From the NCBI GenBank assembly GCA_017959905.1, contig JAGCZS010000002.1, positions 7,514-71,513 of the forward strand: DNA of 64,000 nucleotides. The letters run 5' to 3'. Origin of the DNA: Bacilli bacterium. Lineage in GTDB: Bacteria > Bacillota_I > Bacilli_A > RFN20 > CAG-826. Under the pieces are notes generated by a model that made no database searches, was not told where the DNA came from, and was given only the letters and a program-made list of their open reading frames with translations. Both the position numbers and the translations under genes were made by a program. This document shows, in pieces, positions 17,822 through 28,567 of the stretch. Numbering within the stretch: position 1 is the first letter of the stretch; each line of letters starts with the position of its first letter.

Positions 17822-18212
17822 TAGCATTAAAAAAATTAGTCGCAATAAAAGTCACGAACTAATAATGCAATGTTTATATGACATTACAATAAAAGGAAAA
17901 TTTGAAAAATATATTTTCAAAAAAATTTATAAAACTGAAAAAATTGACGATTTTTCACAAAAAATTGTTTTATTTATTCTTGAAAACAAAGAAAACATTA
18001 TAAAAAAATTAGAAAAAAAACTAATTAATTGGAAATGGAGCAGAATTTCAACACTTTCTCAAGTTATTTTAATAATGAGTTACGCGCATTATAACATTGA
18101 AAAAATAGATAAAGCTATTATAATTAACATAGCCGTTAAATTATCAAAAAATTTTTTAGATAACGATGAATATAAATTTGTTAATGCCGTTTTGGATAAA
18201 ATATTGGTATGA
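17814..18212 (+). CDS. nusB: transcription antitermination factor NusB
   Basis: 132 aa. SRNKSHELIMQCLYD matches the NusB N-terminal pattern. It lies upstream of xseA, as in Firmicutes. Confidence 0.8.
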   Translation: MSNSIKKISRNKSHELIMQCLYDITIKGKFEKYIFKKIYKTEKIDDFSQKIVLFILENKENIIKKLEKKLINWKWSRISTLSQVILIMSYAHYNIEKIDKAIIINIAVKLSKNFLDNDEYKFVNAVLDKILV

Positions 18213-18215
18213 AGT

Positions 18216-19418
18216 ATGAAAGTATCCGAGGCAAATCTGTTAATTAAAAAAAATCTTGAGTCGATTTATGATTTAAGAAATCTATTTATTGAAGGCGAAA
18301 TAACCAACGCAAAAGAATACTCAAGCGGAATATATTTTAACATTATAGAAACTGATGAAGAAAACAACATTAAATCTACTATACATTCTATTTGTTGGAA
18401 AAAAAATTTTTTTAGTAATAACAATATTAATTACCAAATAATTAAAAACGGCAATAAAATTTGTGCCACAGGAAGAATTGAGGTATATGCAGCTCGCGGA
18501 ACGTATAGTTTAATAATCTCTAAAATTGATTTAGCTGGCGAAGGCGAAAGACTATTAGCGTTAGAAAAATTAAAACGAAAATTAGAACAAAATGGGCTTT
18601 TTAAACATAAAAGAGATATAAATATTTTTCCAAATGCTATCGGGATAATAACAGGGAAAGATAGCGCCGCTTATCGTGATATCGTTTTTAATATAAATCG
18701 AAGATACCCAATAACAAAAATATATTTTTTTCCAGCAATTGTTCAAGGCGAAAATGCTACAAAAAGTTTAATAAATGCACTTAAAAAATCATATACATAT
18801 AAATTAGATACGATTATAATCGGAAGAGGCGGAGGCGGAATTGAAGATCTTGATGCTTTTAATGACGAAACTGTTGCACGAGTTGCCTTTGAATCTCCGT
18901 TTCCAATTATAAGTGCTGTTGGTCATGAAATAAATAAAAGTATTATTGATTTTGTCGCTGATAAATACGCCAGCACGCCTACTGCCGCAGCAGAGTTAGC
19001 TACACAAAATAAAAGCGATATTTTAAAATATTTAGATGAAAATTATGAAAAAATTAAATTATTATTTTCAAATAAATTTAATTTACTCACAGAAAAAATT
19101 AAAAATTACGAAAACTATTTTTCATTAAAAAATATTCGTAATATATTTGAAAATAAAATTCAAAAGCTTGAACTGTATAAAAAAGAGCTTAAAAATGCCA
19201 TAAAAATATTTTTTTTAGATAGAAAAAATATATTAAAATTAAAGCAAGAACAATTGTCGCAGTTAAACATTGAAAATGTTTTAAAAAGAGGGTTTACGTT
19301 TGTTCGCAATAAACAAAAAAAATTAATTACAAAAAGCTCTGAAACTAAAATTAATGAACAATTAGAAATAAATTTTTATAAGAGCAGTATTAGCGTTAAT
19401 GTAATAAAAAAGGATTAA
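18216..19418 (+). CDS. xseA: exodeoxyribonuclease VII large subunit
   Basis: 400 aa. It has an OB fold (GEITNAKEYSSGIYFNI), the catalytic region IGRGGGGIEDL and a coiled-coil C-terminus. Confidence 0.9.
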   Translation: MKVSEANLLIKKNLESIYDLRNLFIEGEITNAKEYSSGIYFNIIETDEENNIKSTIHSICWKKNFFSNNNINYQIIKNGNKICATGRIEVYAARGTYSLIISKIDLAGEGERLLALEKLKRKLEQNGLFKHKRDINIFPNAIGIITGKDSAAYRDIVFNINRRYPITKIYFFPAIVQGENATKSLINALKKSYTYKLDTIIIGRGGGGIEDLDAFNDETVARVAFESPFPIISAVGHEINKSIIDFVADKYASTPTAAAELATQNKSDILKYLDENYEKIKLLFSNKFNLLTEKIKNYENYFSLKNIRNIFENKIQKLELYKKELKNAIKIFFLDRKNILKLKQEQLSQLNIENVLKRGFTFVRNKQKKLITKSSETKINEQLEINFYKSSISVNVIKKD

Positions 19419-19422
19419 AAAT

Positions 19423-19872
19423 ATGGAACAGAAAGATTCAAAAGAACAATTAAAAACATTTGATGACGATTTAGAAAAATTGGATAAAATAATTCAAAAA
19501 ACAGAAAATGAAACGGATATTGAAGCCACTATAAAAAATTATAAAGAAGGGAACAATATTTTAAATAACCTGAAAAATTTGTTAAACTCTGCTGAAAAAA
19601 AACTTAATGACTTTGAGAAAAAGATAAATTTTGAAGACACAAAAATAAAAGATAATAATGATAATTTTCTGGATAATATTGGAAAATTGGAAAATATTGT
19701 AAAACAAATGGGCGGAAAGATTAATAACGAGAATAATGCTAATTTAAAAGAATGTGTGGAAAAATGTGAACAAGGACTTAAATTAATTAAAACATTAGAA
19801 AATCGTTTAAAAAATGCCGAACAAAATATTGAAAACGATAAAAATGTTATCAATACAGACGAAAACAATTAG
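19423..19872 (+). CDS. xseB: exodeoxyribonuclease VII small subunit, tandem two-domain form
   Basis: 149 aa, about twice the usual size. Two XseB-like helical hairpin units are present: FDDDLEKLDKIIQK...YKEGNNILNNLKNLLNSAEKKL and FLDNIGKLENIVKQM...CEQGLKLIKTLENRLKNAEQNI. It lies directly after xseA. Confidence 0.7.
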   Translation: MEQKDSKEQLKTFDDDLEKLDKIIQKTENETDIEATIKNYKEGNNILNNLKNLLNSAEKKLNDFEKKINFEDTKIKDNNDNFLDNIGKLENIVKQMGGKINNENNANLKECVEKCEQGLKLIKTLENRLKNAEQNIENDKNVINTDENN

Positions 19873-19875
19873 CCA

Positions 19876-21564
19876 ATGTTAATTGCTAGTAAACTGTCTA
19901 ATTTTACAATCAGTGAATTAAAAAAATTATCAAAAAACATTAGAAAAAAAATAATAAATTCTGTTTCAAAAAATGGGGGCCACTTATCTAGCAATTTAGG
20001 AGTTGTTGAATTGACAATTGCTTTATATAAAAACTTTAATTTTTTAAATGATAAATTGCTATTTGATATCGGTCACCAGTCATATACGCATAAAATACTA
20101 ACCGGAAGAGATATTAATAAAATACGTAAAAAAAATGGCATTTCTGGTTTTATTAAACAAAAAGAATCAAAATATGACGTTTTTGAAGCCGGCCATAGTT
20201 CGACTAGTCTAAGTGCTGCCATTGCTTTTGCGATAGATAGGGAGAAAAAACATAAAAATTATGAAATTATCGTCGTTATTGGCGACGCTAGTTTGCTGAA
20301 TGGCATCGCCTTTGAGGCGTTAAATTATATAGTTTGTTCTAAATACAAAATAATTATTGTTGTAAATAATAATGGGATGTCTATTAATAAAACGATTGGC
20401 GACATTAATTATTTGTTAAATAATCAACATTTTAATCTCATTAAAAATATAGATGGCCATAATTTTAATAGTTTAAATAAAGCTTTAAAATTAGCTAAAA
20501 AATCAAAAAAAGCCATTATTCTTGAAGTTAAAACAATAAAGGGCAAGGGATTAAAATTTGCCGAAAACGATTCGACCGGGATATGGCACGAACCAGGAAA
20601 ATTTAATGCAAAAAGCGGATTATTTAACGAACCAAATTATAATAATACTTGGACAACCATATACAGCAATTTAATTGAACAAAAACTTCACAGAAACAAA
20701 AAATTTTTACTTATTTGCCCAGGAACATTAAAAACAATTTCATTAAGCAGAGAAACAATTAACAAATTTTCGAACCAAATTTTTGATGTCGGAATTGCAG
20801 AAGAATTAGCCGTAATATTAGCCGCGCAATTGAGCAAACTCGGATACGAGGTGTGTGTTAGCATATATTCGACATTTTTACAACGTTCTTTTGATCAAAT
20901 TATACATGATGTATGCCGAATTAATGCCAATATTACTTTTCTTATCGAAAGAAGTGGATTTTCAGGCGAAAATGGCGAAACACATCACGGAATATTTGAC
21001 ACACCCTTTTTAATGTCTATTCCTAATTTTTGCGTGTCTATGGCTAGCGATATTACAGATGCTAAAATGTTATTAAATTATTCCAAAACGCAACAAATGA
21101 CAAATTTCATCCGAATACCTAAAGAAAAAATTACGATTGGAAAAAATATAACGAAGTACAATCTTAAAGATTTTTATATTCTTAATAAAAATTTCGAAAA
21201 CAATTATAATTTGGCTATTGTTTCTGTCGGTCCGCTAACTAATACGTTATTTGAAGAAATTAAAGATTTTAATATTTGCATTTATAATCCTATAATCTTA
21301 ACGCCTATTAAGCCAGAATTGATTCAAAAAATATTAAATTACAAAAACATTATTATTTACACTCCGTACGAAACAAATAATGGATATGCAAAACAATTAA
21401 CATATGAATTAGCATTAAAAAATTTTACTGGAAAAATTTATATTAAAGCAATATCAAAATATTTTATCGAATGTATGAGTATTCAAGAACAATTAGAAGA
21501 AAACCATTTGTTACCAACACAAATTAAAACTTTTATAGAAAATTTAAAATATGAAAACAACTAA
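19876..21564 (+). CDS. dxs: 1-deoxy-D-xylulose-5-phosphate synthase
   Basis: 562 aa. Motifs GGHLSSNLGVVELTIALY, DIGHQSYTHKILTGR, GHSSTSLSAA and GDASLLNGIAFEALN are present. Confidence 0.9.
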   Translation: MLIASKLSNFTISELKKLSKNIRKKIINSVSKNGGHLSSNLGVVELTIALYKNFNFLNDKLLFDIGHQSYTHKILTGRDINKIRKKNGISGFIKQKESKYDVFEAGHSSTSLSAAIAFAIDREKKHKNYEIIVVIGDASLLNGIAFEALNYIVCSKYKIIIVVNNNGMSINKTIGDINYLLNNQHFNLIKNIDGHNFNSLNKALKLAKKSKKAIILEVKTIKGKGLKFAENDSTGIWHEPGKFNAKSGLFNEPNYNNTWTTIYSNLIEQKLHRNKKFLLICPGTLKTISLSRETINKFSNQIFDVGIAEELAVILAAQLSKLGYEVCVSIYSTFLQRSFDQIIHDVCRINANITFLIERSGFSGENGETHHGIFDTPFLMSIPNFCVSMASDITDAKMLLNYSKTQQMTNFIRIPKEKITIGKNITKYNLKDFYILNKNFENNYNLAIVSVGPLTNTLFEEIKDFNICIYNPIILTPIKPELIQKILNYKNIIIYTPYETNNGYAKQLTYELALKNFTGKIYIKAISKYFIECMSIQEQLEENHLLPTQIKTFIENLKYENN

Positions 21565-22315
21565 ATTAATTTATTTTTTAAGAAAAAAGTTTCCAAAAAA
21601 AAATAGTTTAAAAAAAGATTATTTAGGCCTACAAATAGGGCGATTTAAAAAAAATACCAATAAAATAGCTATTTGTCTTGATTTTAATAGTAATGTACTA
21701 AAAAAAATTATTCATAAAAATGTTGATCTAGTTATTACACATCATCCATTTATATATGGCGATTTTGATAATGTTATTCAAAAAGATTGGCTTAAAAAAA
21801 AATTGGTAAATAAAATTGAAAAATTGAAAATACCAATTTACAGTATTCACACAAATTTTGATTGTTCGGATGAAGGAATGAATGTCATATTAGCTAAAAA
21901 ATTAGGATTAAAAAATATTCAAAAAATAAAAGAAAATAAAATAATTCGCGGCGGAACTTTAAAATATAGTATGACAATAAAAAATTTTGCAAAATATGTC
22001 AAAAAAAAATTAAAAATACCACATGTTTATATATTAAAAAATAATAATAAAGAAATTAAAAAGGTTGCTATATGCGCAGGAAGTGGCGCAGATATGTTTC
22101 AAATAGCTCAAAATAATAATTATGATATTTTTTGCAGCGGTGATGCTCCTCAACATATAAGAAATAGCATAAAAAACTATAAGTATAATTATCTTGAATT
22201 ATTTCACGAAATAGAAAAAGTTTTTATATATGCTATGAAAAAAATAATTAACAAAATCGACAATAAAATAAAAATATACTGTATTGACGAGCAACGATAT
22301 CCAGAAATAATATAA
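21551..22315 (+). CDS. Nif3-family dinuclear metal centre protein (YqfO/YbgI-like)
   Basis: 254 aa. DLVITHHPFIY, IYSIHTNFD and a C-terminal GDAPQH-like motif are present. Confidence 0.85.
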   Translation: MKTTKLIYFLRKKFPKKNSLKKDYLGLQIGRFKKNTNKIAICLDFNSNVLKKIIHKNVDLVITHHPFIYGDFDNVIQKDWLKKKLVNKIEKLKIPIYSIHTNFDCSDEGMNVILAKKLGLKNIQKIKENKIIRGGTLKYSMTIKNFAKYVKKKLKIPHVYILKNNNKEIKKVAICAGSGADMFQIAQNNNYDIFCSGDAPQHIRNSIKNYKYNYLELFHEIEKVFIYAMKKIINKIDNKIKIYCIDEQRYPEII

Positions 22316-22329
22316 TGGGAATATAAATT

Positions 22330-23190
22330 ATGGAAAATTACTTAGGTTGTTATATCGCTCTTGAAGGACCAGATTTTTATTATGGCATAATTAAAAAAGC
22401 TATTGAAATTAATGCAAATTGTTTTATGTTTTATGCCGGATCGCCACAAACTTATAAAAAACCACCTATATCATTATTAAAAATAAAAGAGGGTTTGGAA
22501 TTAATAAAAAAAAATAATATTAATAAAAATAAAATAGTAATTCACGCTTCCTATTTAATTAATATTGCAAATTGTATAAATAAAAATGTTTATGAGTCAT
22601 CAAAAATAGCATTAAAAAATGAAATAAAAATGGCTAAAGAATTTCAAATAAATACAATTGTTTTACATCCTGGTTGCGCGGTTGGTGGAAATAAAAAAAA
22701 ATCTATTGAATTATTAATATCAACACTAAATGAAATTCTAGATAACGATGAAAATAATATAAAGATCGCTTTAGAAACAATGGCGGGAAAGGGCAGTGAA
22801 TTAGGTTCAACGTTTGAAGAATTAAAAGAAATAATAAATGGGATAAATAAAAAAAATAATATTGGCGTTTGTCTTGATACTTGCCACATTTTTGACGCTG
22901 GGTATGATTTAAATGATGTTAACAAAATAATTCAACAATTCGATAAAATTATAGGTTTAAAAAAATTGTTTGTTATTCACATTAATGATTCAAAAAATAA
23001 TTGTGGCTCGCATAAAGACAGACACGAAAACATCGGTTTAGGAAAAATAGGTTTTAATAATATTTATAAAATTATTCATCATAAAAAACTTGCTTCAATA
23101 CCAAAAATATTAGAAACGCCAGAGACAAAAGAAATTAATTATAAAAAGGAGATAGCTATGTTAAAAACAACTATTTCACAATCGTCTTAA
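22330..23190 (+). CDS. nfo: endonuclease IV
   Basis: 286 aa. Motifs HASYLINIAN, LHPG, ETMAGKGSELG, CLDTCHIFDAGYD and HINDSKN..GSHKDRHENIG are present. Confidence 0.93.
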   Translation: MENYLGCYIALEGPDFYYGIIKKAIEINANCFMFYAGSPQTYKKPPISLLKIKEGLELIKKNNINKNKIVIHASYLINIANCINKNVYESSKIALKNEIKMAKEFQINTIVLHPGCAVGGNKKKSIELLISTLNEILDNDENNIKIALETMAGKGSELGSTFEELKEIINGINKKNNIGVCLDTCHIFDAGYDLNDVNKIIQQFDKIIGLKKLFVIHINDSKNNCGSHKDRHENIGLGKIGFNNIYKIIHHKKLASIPKILETPETKEINYKKEIAMLKTTISQSS

Positions 23191-24196
23191 TTAATTCTTT
23201 ATAAATATCTTTATCGCTTATTTTTTTTAAAAAAACCCCATTTTTAAAAAGCGCCCATGTATTTTTATCAATACCAACAATTCCAACATCGCTTTTTTTT
23301 GCTTCTCCAGGGCCATTTACGACACATCCCATAATTGATACTTTTTTATTAATATTATTTTTTTCTAAAAAATTTAATATTTTATCAGACAATTGGAAAA
23401 CATCTTTTACTCTTGTTCTTCCACATGTCGGGCATGAAATTAGCGTTGGATAATCATCGTACAGATTCAAACTATGTAAAAATCTTTTACAAACCAGTAT
23501 TTCATTAACAGGGTTAGAACTTAAAGAGATGCGAATTGTGTTCCCGATTCCTTCGAGCAAAAGCGGAGCCAACGCAGAAACACTTTTTATAATTCCTACG
23601 GAGTTTGGCCCAGATTCTGTTAAACCTAAATGTATGGGATATTTAAATAATCTACTTAAAATTTGATTTGCCTTTATTGTTGTTAAAACATCACTACTTT
23701 TTAAGGAAATTACTATATTTTTAAAATCTAATTTTTCTAAAAATTCAATATTATTTTTTACATTTTCGATTAATGTTTCGACAGTCGGATTTTTAAATGA
23801 AGAAGCATTTATGCCCAGACGAATTGGTAAGTTTTTTTTCTTACATTCATTAATAATAATTTTTATCTTCTCTTTTGATATGTTGTTTGGATTTATTCTA
23901 ATTGCATCCGCTCCGTTTTCGATTGATAACAACGCTAATTTATAATCAAAATGAATATCAGCAACAATAGGTATTTGAACGCCATTTTTAATTTTTTTTA
24001 AAGCTTTGGCATCTTTTTCATCTAAAATACTAACACGCATAATATCCGCACCATTATTTGCACATTGATTAATTTGTTTTGTAACAGCGCAAACTTTGCT
24101 AGTTTTAATATTACACATTGATTGAATCAATACTTTTGAATTGCCACCAATGACAATATTAGAAATTTTAATTGGTTTTGTTTGATTTCTGATCAT
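23171..24196 (-). CDS. ispG: 4-hydroxy-3-methylbut-2-enyl diphosphate synthase (MEP pathway)
   Basis: 341 aa. Fe-S ligand motifs SCPTCGRT and MGCVVNGPGEA are present, along with a TIM-barrel N-terminal region. Confidence 0.93.
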   Translation of the reverse strand: MIRNQTKPIKISNIVIGGNSKVLIQSMCNIKTSKVCAVTKQINQCANNGADIMRVSILDEKDAKALKKIKNGVQIPIVADIHFDYKLALLSIENGADAIRINPNNISKEKIKIIINECKKKNLPIRLGINASSFKNPTVETLIENVKNNIEFLEKLDFKNIVISLKSSDVLTTIKANQILSRLFKYPIHLGLTESGPNSVGIIKSVSALAPLLLEGIGNTIRISLSSNPVNEILVCKRFLHSLNLYDDYPTLISCPTCGRTRVKDVFQLSDKILNFLEKNNINKKVSIMGCVVNGPGEAKKSDVGIVGIDKNTWALFKNGVFLKKISDKDIYKELIKTIVK

Positions 24197-24205
24197 TAAC
24201 GCACA

Positions 24206-24919
24206 TTATGCAAAAGAATTAGCTAATTCAATCGCGATGCTTATCATGTCTCTTAAACCATTTTGCCTTTGTTCGCTAGTAAAACAACCTTTTTTTTCAA
24301 AATGATCTGTAACCGTCAACAATGTTAATGCTTTTTTTCTGTGAATTGCTGCGTTTGCGTATAAGCTATAACTTTCCATTTCTACGCCTAAAACGCCTAA
24401 TTCTGCCCACGGTTTATAAGCTTTACTATCCTTATGATAAAAAATACCTTCACTTAATATATTGCCTATATGAAATTTTTTTTTACTTTTTTTTGCAATT
24501 TTTACACTTGTTTCTAACAAATCATAATTAGCGCCAGCAGAATAAAAACCATTTAAATTATAATCTTTTAAAAAATTAAAATCGCTACTAGCCGAAGAAG
24601 CTATTAAAATATCTCCTAAATTAATATTTTTTAAATATGCTCCACATGTTCCAACACGAATGATAGATTCAACTCCATATTCTGAAAATAATTCGTTTGA
24701 GTAAATCCCTATACTAGGCTGCCCCATTCCCGAAGCCATTACGGAAATTTTTTTTCCTTCTTTTGAATAACCTGTAAAGCCTAAAATGCCTCTAACGTTT
24801 GTTACTAACTTATAATCGTGTAAAAAATTTTTTGTTATCCATTCAGCTCGGCATGGATCGCCTGGCATTAGTACAACTTTAGCAAAGTCGCCTTTTTTTG
24901 CATTAATATGAATACTCAT
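24206..24919 (-). CDS. deoD: purine nucleoside phosphorylase DeoD type
   Basis: 237 aa. HINAKKGDFAKVVLMPGDPCRAEWI...NVRGILGFTGYSKEGKKISVMASGMG aligns closely with E. coli DeoD. Confidence 0.95.
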   Translation of the reverse strand: MSIHINAKKGDFAKVVLMPGDPCRAEWITKNFLHDYKLVTNVRGILGFTGYSKEGKKISVMASGMGQPSIGIYSNELFSEYGVESIIRVGTCGAYLKNINLGDILIASSASSDFNFLKDYNLNGFYSAGANYDLLETSVKIAKKSKKKFHIGNILSEGIFYHKDSKAYKPWAELGVLGVEMESYSLYANAAIHRKKALTLLTVTDHFEKKGCFTSEQRQNGLRDMISIAIELANSFA

Positions 24920-24924
24920 TAAAA

Positions 24925-25878
24925 TTATCTAATTTGTATATATGGTTTGCCCAATGACTTAGGTCTAACGTTCTTTTTACTTACAAATACTAAAACGATT
25001 AAACATAGTAAATATGGTATTAATTTGAATAATTCATTTGTCACATACAAATTTTTATTTAATTCTACACCAAAAAGATCTAAAAAAATTCCTTCATAAC
25101 AATAACTAAATGCTATAAAAAAGCTAAAAAATAACGCAGCTAATGCTACTCTATATGGTCTCCAGAAACCAAAAATAACAACTGAAATTGCCAAAAATCC
25201 AAATCCATAAACACTATTAGAAGCGTCCCAATAACTTCCTGTTGGAATAATATATGCTAAACCACCTATTCCAGCTAAAAGCCCAGAAATTAACACGCCT
25301 ATATAACGATATTTAATAACATTAATACCTGAATTAAAGGCTGCCACTGGATTTTCTCCACAACTTCTTAATCTAAAACCAAATTTTGTGTAATAAAGCA
25401 CAAACCAACCTAAAATTAAAACAAAAAAGCCTATAATTGTAAAGATGCTAAACATAAATGACCCTATTTTAAACATAAAGGCATTTTTATTAAAATTAAT
25501 AACAGATGTTGAAAACTCTGACATTCTTTTAGTTAAAACTATTGTTATAGCATACGAAAGCATATTTGTCGCATTACCAACTAAAGTTTGATTTGCACCG
25601 CATTTAATCGATGGAACGGCTATTAACAATGAAAATAACATACCAGACAACATAGCTGATAACACCGTTAATAAAACGGTTAAGAAACCTGGAAAAATTG
25701 GCAGCAAAAACTTTAAAGTCATTAGTCCGATCATAACACTAAAAGCCATTATTGCCTCTAGACCAATATTAACTATACCACTTCGTTCTGAAAATATATC
25801 TCCTATTGCGACAATCAATAATGCTGAAAAAAAAGCAATAAAATAAGAAAGAAAAATTAAAATTTGCGCATTAATCAT
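24925..25878 (-). CDS. ABC transporter permease (BMP/nucleoside-type, second permease)
   Basis: 317 aa polytopic membrane protein. It sits in an operon with a BMP-family binding protein, a duplicated ATPase and a second permease. Confidence 0.85.
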   Translation of the reverse strand: MINAQILIFLSYFIAFFSALLIVAIGDIFSERSGIVNIGLEAIMAFSVMIGLMTLKFLLPIFPGFLTVLLTVLSAMLSGMLFSLLIAVPSIKCGANQTLVGNATNMLSYAITIVLTKRMSEFSTSVINFNKNAFMFKIGSFMFSIFTIIGFFVLILGWFVLYYTKFGFRLRSCGENPVAAFNSGINVIKYRYIGVLISGLLAGIGGLAYIIPTGSYWDASNSVYGFGFLAISVVIFGFWRPYRVALAALFFSFFIAFSYCYEGIFLDLFGVELNKNLYVTNELFKLIPYLLCLIVLVFVSKKNVRPKSLGKPYIQIR

Positions 25879-25887
25879 TTTTTTTAC

Positions 25888-26979
25888 CTACTCACTTTTA
25901 TTTATTTTTTGCGAAACTTTTGTTTTAATAAATTTATTGTTTGCCTCGCTATCATCATTAAAAAAACCTATTATCTTACTATTAAATAACATAATGTAAA
26001 TAATTATTGCAATTGCCATATTACCAATTTCTTTTGGAAATAACGACTGGCTCATTACAGCAGAACCAGGGCGTAAAAGCGAAATTAAAAAAGCCGAAAA
26101 AATTGCTCCAATTGGATTCATTTGTGAAAAAAAAGCAACTACAATGGAATTTGATGTAAATTGCGGTAACGATTGCGAAATAATACACCATTCTTCTATG
26201 CCAGATAAATAATAAATTGACGAGCCTATTCCAGCTAACGCTCCAGCTATAACCATTGTTAAAATCATATTTTTTTCAACATTAATACCAACATAAGTTG
26301 CAGCAGCATAATTAGTTCCGCTAGCTTTAACAGAAAAACCATAAGTTGTTTTTTCTAAAAACAAATACACCAACAAAGATATTAATATTGCCAAAATAAA
26401 TGCATAAGAAAAATTACTTCCTGCTATTGCTCCAGGCAAAACATTTGGTATTCTATATGTTTTAAAACCATCACCAACATTTACTAAATCCATTAAAAAT
26501 ATTTTATAAATATAATTAACAAAATTTAACGTTATATAATTGAGCAAGATACCACTTATTATTTCATTAACAGAAAAATAAACCTTAAGAAGCACAGGAA
26601 TTAAAGCTATTAATATTCCAAAAATAGATCCAGCAAGGATGCATATTAAATAATGACATTTAAACTTCAATGCAAATATTATTGTGCCTAAAGACGCAAA
26701 AATAAACTGATTTGTTACACCGATGTTAAATATTCCTGTTTTGAAAGGCAAAATAATAGCCATACTGCAGCATAACATTGGCGCAGATAATGTTAATACT
26801 TTCTTTATAGTTCCTAACAAAGTATAATAAAACGAACCGCCTGAAATAAATACAGCAAATTCAGAAATTGTTTTTTCAAACGAAAACGACAAGGCTAACA
26901 TCACTAAAAAACTAATAGCTAATGCAATTTCGACGCAAAATAATGATGATAATAAATATTTTATTTTATTTTTAAACAT
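25888..26979 (-). CDS. ABC transporter permease (BMP/nucleoside-type, first permease)
   Basis: 363 aa polytopic membrane protein in the same operon. Confidence 0.85.
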   Translation of the reverse strand: MFKNKIKYLLSSLFCVEIALAISFLVMLALSFSFEKTISEFAVFISGGSFYYTLLGTIKKVLTLSAPMLCCSMAIILPFKTGIFNIGVTNQFIFASLGTIIFALKFKCHYLICILAGSIFGILIALIPVLLKVYFSVNEIISGILLNYITLNFVNYIYKIFLMDLVNVGDGFKTYRIPNVLPGAIAGSNFSYAFILAILISLLVYLFLEKTTYGFSVKASGTNYAAATYVGINVEKNMILTMVIAGALAGIGSSIYYLSGIEEWCIISQSLPQFTSNSIVVAFFSQMNPIGAIFSAFLISLLRPGSAVMSQSLFPKEIGNMAIAIIIYIMLFNSKIIGFFNDDSEANNKFIKTKVSQKINKSE

Positions 26980-27010
26980 TATTCAATTCCTCTCATATAC
27001 CGTTTTATTT

Positions 27011-28504
27011 TTAATTTTGTTTTTTTGCGCCAGACATATATAAACCTAGTTCTTCCGGCGTTGTATTTTGAGGATTAAACTCTCCAACAATCGCCCCATT
27101 AAACATAACTAATATCCTGTCGCTTAATTCAAAAATTTCACTCAATTCAAATGAAACCAATAAAATAGCCACGCCATTATTTTTTTGTTCTATTAAATGT
27201 GTATAAATGCTTCGAGTGGCTGCATAATCGATTCCTCTTGTTGGCTGTACAGCGATTAATAAAGATGGATTTCTTTCTATTTCTCGAGCAACTATTAATT
27301 TCTGTTGATTTCCACCAGACATATTTTTAACGACGCTACTTATACCATTTGGAGTTTTAATACCATATTTATCAATTATGTTTTTAGCGTTATTATTTAT
27401 TTCTTTTTTTTTCAACAAAAAAGAATAAGAAAATTTAGGTGTATTAAAATCTCTAATTATTAAATTTTTAGATACATCAAAATCCAAAATTAAACCGTGT
27501 TTATGTTGATTGCCTGGTATATGTGATATTCCTAGCTTATTTCGTGTCTGCACATCCTTATTTTTTAAAAGAACATTTTTAAAAAATATATTTCCTTTTT
27601 TTGCGTTTCGCAAACCGGCTAAAACGTATACTAATTCTCTCTGACCGTTACCATCAACACCAATAATTCCTACAATTTCCCCTTTTTTTACATCAAAACT
27701 TACATTTTTAACAACGTCTTTTTTGCGATAAGAATCAACATGCAAATTTTCTACTTTTAAAACTACTTCTAAGCTTTTACTTTCTTTCTTTTCTGGTATA
27801 TTAAAAGAGTTTTCGCCGATCATTATCTTTGATAACTGTTCAGATAAATTTTTTTTATTTTGTTGATCAACAACAACAGTATCAACTAATTCTCCTTTTT
27901 TTAAAACACTTATTCTATCAGCCACATCAACTATTTCCGCGATTTTATGCGTAATAAAAATAATCGTTTTTCCATCTTTTTTTAGATTTTTCATTATATT
28001 TAAAAGATTGTCTATTTCTTCTGGCGTTAAAATTGAAGTTGGCTCGTCAAAAATTAAAATATCTGAATTTTTATACAACATTTTTAGTATTTCTGTTTTT
28101 TGTTGAGCACAAATTGATAAATTTTCTACTTTTTCGTTAATATCTATATTAAAAGAATATTTCGTTACAATATCTTGAAGTTTTAGACGCGCCCATTCTC
28201 TGTCTAATATAATTCCATCACCTTCTTCACCTAACATAACATTGTCTAAGACGCTAAAATTATCAACTAACTGAAAATGTTGGTGCACCATTCCTATTTT
28301 TAAATCGCCATTTTTTATTATCGATCCGCTATCGGATTTATACGATCCAAATAATATCGACATAATAGTTGATTTGCCAGCGCCATTTTCGCCAAATAAC
28401 GCGTGTATTTCGCCAAAATTTATTTTAAGATTTACCTTGTTTAAAGCTAAAAAATTTCCAAACTTTTTACTAATATCTTTTAATTCAACTGCATAAGCAC
28501 TCAT
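27011..28504 (-). CDS. ABC transporter ATP-binding protein, two fused ATPase domains
   Basis: 497 aa. It has Walker A GENGAGKST, Walker B LIFDEPT and the second-half signature MSGGNQQK. Confidence 0.93.
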   Translation of the reverse strand: MSAYAVELKDISKKFGNFLALNKVNLKINFGEIHALFGENGAGKSTIMSILFGSYKSDSGSIIKNGDLKIGMVHQHFQLVDNFSVLDNVMLGEEGDGIILDREWARLKLQDIVTKYSFNIDINEKVENLSICAQQKTEILKMLYKNSDILIFDEPTSILTPEEIDNLLNIMKNLKKDGKTIIFITHKIAEIVDVADRISVLKKGELVDTVVVDQQNKKNLSEQLSKIMIGENSFNIPEKKESKSLEVVLKVENLHVDSYRKKDVVKNVSFDVKKGEIVGIIGVDGNGQRELVYVLAGLRNAKKGNIFFKNVLLKNKDVQTRNKLGISHIPGNQHKHGLILDFDVSKNLIIRDFNTPKFSYSFLLKKKEINNNAKNIIDKYGIKTPNGISSVVKNMSGGNQQKLIVAREIERNPSLLIAVQPTRGIDYAATRSIYTHLIEQKNNGVAILLVSFELSEIFELSDRILVMFNGAIVGEFNPQNTTPEELGLYMSGAKKQN

Positions 28505-28567
28505 TCTTTATATTATCCCTCTATTTATTTACTTACTTCTCAAATCAAAAAATGATTTTTTTATTCA

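Noticed and set aside
19539-19868. 109-aa minus-strand ORF
   Set aside because: It is antisense to the Lys/Asn/Glu-rich xseB. The Phe/Ser/Leu-rich product is typical of the complement of AAA/GAA/AAT codons.
23171-23190. Convergent gene overlaps (nfo/ispG 20 nt; rluD-like/cof 23 nt at 58147-58169) and many ATGA/TAATG same-strand overlaps
   Set aside because: These are typical of compaction in reduced genomes. There is no sign of frameshifting or antisense regulation.
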